NCBI GenBank assembly: GCA_039800105.1
Contig: JBDLRI010000025.1
Location: 2,902 to 66,901 of the forward strand
Length of the DNA: 64,000 nt
Direction of reading: 5' to 3'
Source: Pseudomonadota bacterium
GTDB taxonomy: Bacteria > Myxococcota_A > UBA796 > SXON01
In this document: piece by piece, positions 8,686-15,634 of the stretch
Position numbering within the stretch: the first letter of the stretch is position 1
Layout of the letters: each line of letters starts with the position of its first letter
Made by a program: the position numbers and the translations under genes
The notes under the pieces: generated by a model
Told to the model about the DNA's origin: nothing
Seen by the model: the letters and a program-made list of their open reading frames with translations, nothing else
The model's database searches: none

Positions 8686-9635
8686 GCCTCCCGGATGCTG
8701 GGGCGGAGGGGGTCGGCCACCCCCTCCGCAACGCCTCCCCCGCGGCGACGGTCGAGGCGCTGCGCGCGCGCATCGAGCGTGCCGTCGTCGGCAAGCGGCA
8801 GGTGGTCGATCTCGCCCTGACCTGCGTGCTCGCCGGCGGGCACCTGCTGCTCGAGGACGTGCCGGGCGTCGGGAAGACCACGCTCGCCGTGGCCCTCGCG
8901 CGCGCGACGGGCGGCAGCTTCCGGCGCGTCCAGTGCACGGCGGATCTACTGCCCTCCGACGTCACGGGGGGGCTGATCCTCGACGGCGCGGGCAGCCTGC
9001 GCTTCCGCCCGGGCCCCCTCTTCGCGAACGTCGTCCTCGCCGACGAGATCAACCGCGCCACGCCCCGCACGCAGTCCGCGCTCCTGGAGGCCATGAACGA
9101 GGCGCAGGTCAGCGTCGACGGCGAGAGCCACCCGCTGCCCTCCCCCTTCCTCGTCGTCGCGACCCAGAACCCGCTCGACGTGCACGGCACCTTCCCGCTG
9201 CCGGACGCGCAGCTGGACCGGTTCCTCGTGCGCACGTCGGTGGGGTATCCGCCCCGCGACGCCGAGCGCGCCATCCTGCGCGGCACCGCGGACGGCAGCA
9301 CCATCGAGCCGGTGGTGCCCGAGGCGCTCGCCGCGCTTCGGGCCGCCGTCCGCGCCGTCACCGTGCACCCCGACCTGGAGGACTGGGTCCTCGACCTGGT
9401 GGCGGCGTCGCGGAGCACGGGAGCGTTCGCGCGCGGTGTCAGCCCCCGCGGCGCGCAGGCGCTGGTGGCCGCGGCGCGCGCCCACGCGGTGCTGCACGGG
9501 CGCGCGTGGGTCAGCCCCGAGGATCTCCGCGCCCTCGCCGTGCCGGTTCTCGCGCACCGCGTGCTCGTACGGGACGACTCCGACCCCGCCGCAGCGGTGC
9601 GGGCGCTCGCGGACTCGCTGCCCCCCGCCGCATGA
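8682..9635 (+). CDS. MoxR-family AAA+ ATPase
   Basis: Distal part of ORF 8253..9635. Walker A LLEDVPGVGKTTLA, Walker B VVLADEINRA, ATQNPLDVHGTFPLPDAQLDRF. GTG 8682 overlaps the upstream stop. Repeat copy 8698-8741 lies in the first 20 codons, so the true start may be further downstream. Confidence 0.9.
   Translation: MSLPDAGAEGVGHPLRNASPAATVEALRARIERAVVGKRQVVDLALTCVLAGGHLLLEDVPGVGKTTLAVALARATGGSFRRVQCTADLLPSDVTGGLILDGAGSLRFRPGPLFANVVLADEINRATPRTQSALLEAMNEAQVSVDGESHPLPSPFLVVATQNPLDVHGTFPLPDAQLDRFLVRTSVGYPPRDAERAILRGTADGSTIEPVVPEALAALRAAVRAVTVHPDLEDWVLDLVAASRSTGAFARGVSPRGAQALVAAARAHAVLHGRAWVSPEDLRALAVPVLAHRVLVRDDSDPAAAVRALADSLPPAA
8698..8741 (-). repeat. GC-hairpin repeat copy
   Basis: ctggggcggagggggtcggccaccccctccgcaacgcctccccc. 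Lies at the lipoprotein/moxR junction. Confidence 0.85.
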
Positions 9636-10552
9636 GCGGGGCCGTGGCGCGCTGGACCGCGGCGTGGCGGGCGCGCATGGCCGAGCAGCCGCGCATCCGC
9701 TTCACGCTGGCGGGCAACGTGTACGGCGCCGTGCTGCTCGGCGTGCTCTTCGCCTCCGTGAACACGGGCAACAACCTGCTGTACGTGGTGCTCGGCGCGC
9801 TGCTCGCCGTGCTGCTCGCGAACAACCTCCTGTCCGAGTGGAACCTGCGCGGCGTGTCGGCGGTCCGCATGCTCCCCGCGGATCTCTACGCGGCGCTACC
9901 GGCCCACGGGGCCTGGCGGGTGGAGAACCGCCGCCGCCGCGGGACCGCCTGGCTCATCGAGGTCGCGGAGGTGGACGGCAGCGGCGGCGAGGCCCTCGCC
10001 GTGCGCGTGCCGGCCGGTGGGGTCGCGGAGGTCCCGGGCCAGTGGCGCTTCCCGCGACGGGGGCACGTCCCGCTCGCGCGCGTCCGGATCGGCAGCCGCT
10101 ACCCGTTCGGCCTGCTGGTGCGCTCCCGCGACGTCCCGCTGCGCGACGACGTCGTCGTGTTCCCGACCCCGCACCGCCACCCGCTCGACGCGGCGCCCAC
10201 GCGGACCGGGGACACCGATCCGCGCACGGCGCACCGCGGCGGGACCGGCGACCTCTCGGGGCTTCGGCCGTGGCGTGCGGGGGACCCGGTGCGGAGAATC
10301 CACTGGCCCAGCTCCGCGCGCGCCGGCGCGCCCATCCTGGCGGAACGCAGCGGTGGACGCGCCGGCGCGTGGATGGTGCGCGTGGACGCGCGCGCCGGCG
10401 AGGAGGGGCTCTCTCGGGCCTGCGGCGCCGTGCTGGAGGCCGCCCTGCGCGGCGACGCCGTGGGGCTCGACGCGCCCTTCGCGCAGCTGCCCGTGCGTCC
10501 GGGGGAGAGCTGGCGCCGTCGCCTGCTCACCGCGCTCGCGGGGGCCCCGTGA
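9632..10552 (+). CDS. DUF58 domain protein (MoxR-associated)
   Basis: Distal part of ORF 8933..10552. ATG 9632 overlaps the moxR stop (ATGA). Two N-terminal TM helices and DUF58-type motifs (YPFGLL, GDLSGLRPWRAGDPVRRIHWPSSAR). Confidence 0.85.
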   Translation: MSGAVARWTAAWRARMAEQPRIRFTLAGNVYGAVLLGVLFASVNTGNNLLYVVLGALLAVLLANNLLSEWNLRGVSAVRMLPADLYAALPAHGAWRVENRRRRGTAWLIEVAEVDGSGGEALAVRVPAGGVAEVPGQWRFPRRGHVPLARVRIGSRYPFGLLVRSRDVPLRDDVVVFPTPHRHPLDAAPTRTGDTDPRTAHRGGTGDLSGLRPWRAGDPVRRIHWPSSARAGAPILAERSGGRAGAWMVRVDARAGEEGLSRACGAVLEAALRGDAVGLDAPFAQLPVRPGESWRRRLLTALAGAP

Positions 10553-12531
10553 CCCCCGCGGGGGAGGCGTTGCGGTGGGGGCAGCCGCCCCCTCCGCCCC
10601 AGCATCGACGCGGGTTCGATCCGCTGGCCGTCGTGATGCTCGCAGCCCTCGGAACCCTGTCGCTCGGCGGCGGCGTGTTCACCGTCGTGGCCGGCCTGGC
10701 CACGCTCGGATGCCTGTGGCCGCGGGTCGCTCCGGTCCCCCGACGGGAGGACTGGAACCCGGTCCACGCGGGGGTGCTCGTGCTCGCGATCGGGGTGGCG
10801 TTCGCCACGGAGGTCGTCGCGGGGCTCGCCGCCCTCGCCGCGTGGCTCCTCGTGCAGCAGCGATGGGCGCGGGGCCCCGACGCGGGCCGCAACGTGCTTC
10901 TGCTCGCCACGCTCGTGCTGCTCGTCGGCTCGCTGCGGGCGGACCACCCGGTCCTGGGCGTGTTGTTCCTGTCCTTCGCGGGGGCGCTCCCCCTGGCGCT
11001 GCTGGCGCTGTTGCCGTGGGGCCCCGATCCCGGACCCGGTCGCCCGGCGCGCGCCGCCCTCGCCGGCGGCACGATGCTCGCCACGGCGGTCCTGTTCGCG
11101 ACCATGCCGCGCCTGGAGGGCGGCCTCTTCGGCACGGAACCGGTGACGCAGGGGCGTTTCCCGACCGACATGGAGCCCGGCTCCGGCGCACTCACCAGCG
11201 ATGACCTCGCGCAGGTCATGCGGGTCCGCGTCACGACACCGGACGGCGTCCCGATCCCCGGCCCGGTGTACGTGCGCGCCCGCGTGCTGGAGCAGTTCGA
11301 CGGCAGGCGATGGACCGCCGGGACCCCGCCGGAGCCGATCCCGCCGCTTCGGCCGAACGTGCGCGCCGAGGTGGAGCTCGACGCCGAGCCGGGCATGCAG
11401 CTCTACGGCGTCGGGGAGATCCTGCGGATCGACGGGGCCCCCGGCGTGCACCGCGTCGCGGAGGGGGTGTTCCAGCACCGCGCTCCCGGGCAGCCCCTCG
11501 CGTACGTTGCCTGGGGACACCGCGCCGAGGACGGGACGCCGCTCTCCACGCCGGAGGAGCGCTGGGTGGCGCTGCCGCGCGACCTGGACCCTCGCATCGG
11601 CGCGCTGGCCTGGTCGGTGGCCCGCGACGCCGCACCGGCGTCGGTCGTCGAGGCGCTGCACGCGCTGCTGATGCGGGACTACCGCTATGGCCGGGAGCCC
11701 GAACCGAGCACGCCCGACCCGAGCGCGGCGTTCCTGTTCGCCCGAAGGACCGGCAACTGCGAGCACTTCGCGAGCGCCCTCGCCCTCCTGCTGCGGGCCC
11801 GGGGCATCCCCGCACGCGTGGCGACGGGCTTCTACTCGGAGGAGACCGACGCGGAGGGCCGCGCCGTCATCCGGAGGGGACACGCGCACGCCTGGACCGA
11901 GGTACGAACGCTGGACGGGTGGCGCACGCTGGACGCGACCCCGCCGGGCGGTCTGCCGACCCCCGAGAGCGCCGGCCTCCGCGCGCGCGTCGCCACGCTC
12001 GTCGGCGCGTGGTACCGCGTGATCGTCGGGTACGACATGGAGGCCCAGTTCGCCGCGTACGGCCTGCTCGGGCGCCCGCTCGTCGGGGCCGGCGCGGGCG
12101 GTGCCGCCCCCTTCCGCGCCGGCATCGTCGGCATGCTCGCGACGATCGCGGCCCTGACGGTGGGACTGGGCGCCCTGCGGCTGGGCGTGGCGGCATGGTC
12201 CGGCGCCGGGCGCGTTCCCGACGATCCGATGCGGGCGGCCGCGCGCACGGCCCGGGAGGTGGTGGCGCGGGCGGGCCACCCGCTCCCGGAGCACCTCCCG
12301 CTGCGCGAGGCCGCGGCGTGGCTGGCGGCACGGGCGGGCACCCCGGCCGGCGCCGCCTTCGCCGCGTTTGCCGATGCCTGGTACGCCGCACGGTACGGCG
12401 GAGACACGGCCGCCGCCGCCGGGCTCGCAGACCGGCTCGACGCGCTGCGCCGCACGATGCGCGCAAGAACGAAGACGCCGACCCGGCAGGGTCGGCGCAG
12501 GTGGTGGGCGATACTGGATTTGAACCAGTGA
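10549..12531 (+). CDS. Transglutaminase-like membrane protein (TgpA-like)
   Basis: Distal part of ORF 9436..12531. GTG 10549 overlaps the DUF58 stop (GTGA). Multi-TM N-terminal region and a transglutaminase core RTGNCEHFASALALLLRARGIPARVATGF...HAWTEV...DATP. Repeat copy 10560-10602 follows the candidate start. The 3' end overlaps tRNA-Val in antisense. Confidence 0.85.
   Translation: MTPAGEALRWGQPPPPPQHRRGFDPLAVVMLAALGTLSLGGGVFTVVAGLATLGCLWPRVAPVPRREDWNPVHAGVLVLAIGVAFATEVVAGLAALAAWLLVQQRWARGPDAGRNVLLLATLVLLVGSLRADHPVLGVLFLSFAGALPLALLALLPWGPDPGPGRPARAALAGGTMLATAVLFATMPRLEGGLFGTEPVTQGRFPTDMEPGSGALTSDDLAQVMRVRVTTPDGVPIPGPVYVRARVLEQFDGRRWTAGTPPEPIPPLRPNVRAEVELDAEPGMQLYGVGEILRIDGAPGVHRVAEGVFQHRAPGQPLAYVAWGHRAEDGTPLSTPEERWVALPRDLDPRIGALAWSVARDAAPASVVEALHALLMRDYRYGREPEPSTPDPSAAFLFARRTGNCEHFASALALLLRARGIPARVATGFYSEETDAEGRAVIRRGHAHAWTEVRTLDGWRTLDATPPGGLPTPESAGLRARVATLVGAWYRVIVGYDMEAQFAAYGLLGRPLVGAGAGGAAPFRAGIVGMLATIAALTVGLGALRLGVAAWSGAGRVPDDPMRAAARTAREVVARAGHPLPEHLPLREAAAWLAARAGTPAGAAFAAFADAWYAARYGGDTAAAAGLADRLDALRRTMRARTKTPTRQGRRRWWAILDLNQ
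10560..10602 (+). repeat. GC-hairpin repeat copy (orientation A)
   Basis: gggggaggcgttgcggtgggggcagccgccccctccgccccag. Lies at the DUF58/transglutaminase junction. Confidence 0.85.
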
Positions 12532-12576
12532 CTCCTACCGTGTGAAGGTAGTACTCTTCCGCTGAGTTAATCGCCC
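12502..12576 (-). tRNA. tRNA-Val (anticodon CAC)
   Basis: Minus-strand 75-nt cloverleaf folded by hand: acceptor GGGCGAT/ATCGCCC, D stem ACTC/GAGT, anticodon stem CTACC/GGTAG with loop TTCACAC, T stem ACTGG/CCAGT with loop TTCAAAT, and an encoded CCA. Confidence 0.9.
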
Positions 12577-12611
12577 CAGCCCCCGCACCCTAACAAGCAC
12601 CCCGTGCTCCG

Positions 12612-15314
12612 TCAAGGAGCCCCGGCCGCCGTGGTCTGGCCCGCGAGGCTCGCCCGCGCCGCCTCGTACAGCGCCAGCACGTCGGCGCGGCCCGGCTCCC
12701 GCGCCTCCGCGGCGCGTGCGGCCTTGATCGCCCGCACCGGCTCGTCCCGGTCGAGGTACACGGCACCCAGCGCGACGAGCCCCGCCGCGTCCGGCTCGCC
12801 TTCCATCGGGACCGTCGCGAGCGGACGGAGGGCCAGGAAGTTCGCCGAGCTGGTCTCGCGGTAGAGGTTGCGCGGCGCGCTGAACTCCACCAGCAGGTTG
12901 TCGTCCGTGTTGAGCGGCGCGGTGGCCGACCAGGTCCGCGCCGTCGCATCGTCGAGCAGCGCGTGCGCCAGCAGGTGGTGGCCCGTCGTGACGCCGATGG
13001 ACGCGAGTTCCTCGCGCCGTGCGGCATCCCCGATGACGACCGACGTGGCGCGCTCCAGGTCCAGCGGCAGCGGGGAATCGCTCCCGATCAGCACGAGGTC
13101 CGCGTCGTGGATGGTGCTGAACACCCGCACGTGGGGGTACACGTCGGAGAAGGTGCGCAGGACGGCGCGCACGTCACGGGAATCCATCCCGTAGAGCTGC
13201 AACCACTGGCTCCAGATGCCGCCCGGCGCCAGCCGTGCCTTGCCCATGGCGAAGAACTCGCGCGTGAACAGGTTGCTCACGCCGGTGAGCCACGGGTTGC
13301 TCGGCTCGCTCACGACGAGATCGTAGGTCCCTCGGGGGGCGCGCAGCAGGTGATTGCGGCCGTCGTTCGCGTACAGACGCACGCGCGGGTCGCGCAACGC
13401 GTCGCGGTTCCACGGCCGGAAGAACGCTGCGGCCTCCGGCATGCGCGGCTCCAGCTCGGCCACGTCGATGCGACCGAGGGTTCCGTGGGTGCTCATCGCG
13501 CCGAGGGTGATCCCGCTCGCCAGCCCGACCAGCAACGCGCGCGCGTCGTCCCGGACCGGGAAGAGGAACGGAAGGTGCGCCACGAGCACCTGCGTCGGCA
13601 TGTCCCCGGTGCTCGAGGCATCGATCTTGCCGTTGTTGGCGAGCCAGATGTTCCCCGTCTCGCGGTTGCGCGCCACGGTGACGACGGTGGCCGGACCCTC
13701 CGCGTAGTAGAGCAGGTCGTAACGATCGAGCATGCGGGCGCGGATCTCGGCGAAGCTCGGCGTGTCCAGGTTCTGCACGTACTTGTACATGCCCGACGTC
13801 ATGAGCATGGGGTTCCACGGCGGCGCCAGCACACCGACGGCGAGTCCCGCCGCGAGCGTCCCCCATGCCACGGGACGGCGCAGGGCGCGCCGCACGCCTC
13901 CTTCGCCGAGCACCAGGAGCGCTGCGGCACCGACGTACATCGCGCAGGCCCACCGCACGGTGCCGACCACGCCGGCGTGCGGAAGCAGCAGGAAACCGGC
14001 CGCCACGGCCCCCGCCACGCTGCCGGAGGTGTTCGCGGCGTACACGCGCCCGGTCGCGCGGGAGACCTCCGCGTCGCCGGTGGCCTGCACGAGCAGCGGA
14101 AACATCGCGCCCATGCCGATCGCCGGCGGCACCATCACGGCGCCGGACAGCAGCAGGCGCGAGGGCCAGAGCAGCCAGGTGTCCCCACCGATCGCGAACC
14201 ACAGCCGCGCGAACGCCACGGGGAGCGCACCCCACCCCCACGCGCCGACCCATGTCGCGCCCGCGACGGCCAGCAGGACCCACGGCAAGGCACGACGCGC
14301 CGCCCGGGGATCGCCGTGCGCGTGCCGGGCGCACCACCCGGCCCCGAGCGCGCCGCCGCCGGCGATCCCGCCGAGGAACGCCAGCAGCATGACGGTGAAC
14401 GCGTACGTGCTCGCTCCGAGCACCAGCCCCATGAGGCGCGTCCACGCCACCTCCAGCGCGAGGCTCGCCATGCCCGCGATCGCGGCCACGACGCCGAGAT
14501 CCCACCACGACGGCGCCGTCGTTCCCTCCTGGGGCGGGGGGCTTTGCCCGCCCCCCTCGCGGCCGCCGCCGGGCGTCGGCCTCCGGGGGCGGGGTCCGGC
14601 GCTCGCCGAGCCCGGCTCGGCGCCGCCTTCGGCGGACGCGTCCTCCCCACGCGCGCCGCTCGAGGCCCCTGGAGGGGCCAACCGCGGCGGCGTGCCCGCA
14701 ACGCCCCCGGGCCGCCCGACGGAGGCGCGGGCTCCCACCCACGCGGCCAGCAGCAGGTTGCCGGTCGCCGCGATCCCCGTGGTGGTGGCGACCCCGAAGG
14801 TCGGAAGCAGCACGAAACCCACCGCCCACGTGCCCGCCATGGCACCCGCGGTGTTCCATGCGTACAGGCGCCCCACGTCGGCGCCGGCCCGCGCCGGATC
14901 CCGCGCCACCCACGCGGCCAGCACCGGCAGCGTGGCGCCCATGCACATCGTCGGGACGAGCAGCGCGAGACCGGCGACGAACGCGACGCGCGCCGCGTCC
15001 CGCGCGGGATCGCCCTCCAGCCCGGCCCCCGCCGCCGCGGGACCCAGCGCCTCGAGCCAGCGTGGAAGGAGCCACGCCATCGCGCCGATGCCCGCCTCCA
15101 GCAGCGCGTAGGCACGCAGCGGGTTCCGCAGGCCCGCCGCGCGCGGCCCCATCCAGGCACCGCCCAGGCCGAGGCCTGCCATGAAGGCGGCCAGCACCGT
15201 GGCGACGGCCATCGGACTGGTCCCCACGAGCAGGTGCAGCTGACGCAGCCACACCGACTGGTACACGAGGCTCGTCGCGCCCGACACGAAGAAGACGACG
15301 GAGAGTCCGTCCAC
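12612..15314 (-). CDS. Fused polytopic-membrane / spermidine-synthase-like protein
   Basis: ORF 12612..15314, GTG start preceded by GAGGGGAG. N-terminus VFFVSGATSLVYQSVWLRQL and many TM helices. The C-terminal aminopropyltransferase-like fold shows LLVGLASGITLG, DLVVSEPSNPW and FTREFF. The central low-complexity segment contains two degenerate repeat copies. Confidence 0.85.
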   Translation of the reverse strand: MDGLSVVFFVSGATSLVYQSVWLRQLHLLVGTSPMAVATVLAAFMAGLGLGGAWMGPRAAGLRNPLRAYALLEAGIGAMAWLLPRWLEALGPAAAGAGLEGDPARDAARVAFVAGLALLVPTMCMGATLPVLAAWVARDPARAGADVGRLYAWNTAGAMAGTWAVGFVLLPTFGVATTTGIAATGNLLLAAWVGARASVGRPGGVAGTPPRLAPPGASSGARGEDASAEGGAEPGSASAGPRPRRPTPGGGREGGGQSPPPQEGTTAPSWWDLGVVAAIAGMASLALEVAWTRLMGLVLGASTYAFTVMLLAFLGGIAGGGALGAGWCARHAHGDPRAARRALPWVLLAVAGATWVGAWGWGALPVAFARLWFAIGGDTWLLWPSRLLLSGAVMVPPAIGMGAMFPLLVQATGDAEVSRATGRVYAANTSGSVAGAVAAGFLLLPHAGVVGTVRWACAMYVGAAALLVLGEGGVRRALRRPVAWGTLAAGLAVGVLAPPWNPMLMTSGMYKYVQNLDTPSFAEIRARMLDRYDLLYYAEGPATVVTVARNRETGNIWLANNGKIDASSTGDMPTQVLVAHLPFLFPVRDDARALLVGLASGITLGAMSTHGTLGRIDVAELEPRMPEAAAFFRPWNRDALRDPRVRLYANDGRNHLLRAPRGTYDLVVSEPSNPWLTGVSNLFTREFFAMGKARLAPGGIWSQWLQLYGMDSRDVRAVLRTFSDVYPHVRVFSTIHDADLVLIGSDSPLPLDLERATSVVIGDAARREELASIGVTTGHHLLAHALLDDATARTWSATAPLNTDDNLLVEFSAPRNLYRETSSANFLALRPLATVPMEGEPDAAGLVALGAVYLDRDEPVRAIKAARAAEAREPGRADVLALYEAARASLAGQTTAAGAP
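14528..14562 (-). repeat. Degenerate GC-hairpin repeat copy (left half canonical)
   Basis: cctggggcggggggctttgcccgcccccctcgcgg, inside the spermidine-synthase-like CDS. Confidence 0.5.
14668..14708 (-). repeat. Degenerate GC-hairpin repeat copy (right half canonical)
   Basis: cctggaggggccaaccgcggcggcgtgcccgcaacgccccc, inside the spermidine-synthase-like CDS. Confidence 0.45.
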
Positions 15315-15330
15315 GCGGGGCTCCCCTCGC

Positions 15331-15588
15331 CTAGCGCAGGCGACCGATGGAGTACACGCCGGCGACGCGGCGCCCGACCTCCCGTGCCGTGCCGCCCCAG
15401 GTGTCCCCGAGGAGCGAGCCCGCCGCGATCACCGCGACCACCACGAACGACACCAGCACGATCCACTCGGTCGTCGCCTGACCCCGGCGCGCGCGCCGCG
15501 CCCGGGCGGTCCCCGGGGCGTCGCCGCGTCGCACGGAGTCCCGCGCAGGGGCGCAGGATCCGGGTCCAAGGACGCGAGGGGGGATCAC
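15331..15588 (-). CDS. Flp/Fap-like type IVb prepilin candidate
   Basis: Distal part of ORF 15331..15735. GTG 15588 lies 7 nt after GGAGG; ATG 15612 is the alternative. The motif RRG-QATTEW is followed by the hydrophobic IVLVSFVVVAVIAAG, resembling the Flp G/xxxxEY processing site. GC3 is close to 95 percent by inspection. Confidence 0.45.
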   Translation of the reverse strand: MIPPRVLGPGSCAPARDSVRRGDAPGTARARRARRGQATTEWIVLVSFVVVAVIAAGSLLGDTWGGTAREVGRRVAGVYSIGRLR

Positions 15589-15634
15589 GGCACGGCCTCC
15601 ACGCGATAGCATACGTCGCTTCCCACGAGCCGTC

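Noticed and set aside
12502-12612. tRNA-Val as an integration site for a genomic island.
   Set aside because: No integrase, no phage or plasmid genes and no visible direct repeat of the tRNA 3' end on either side. The flanking genes look like ordinary chromosomal genes.
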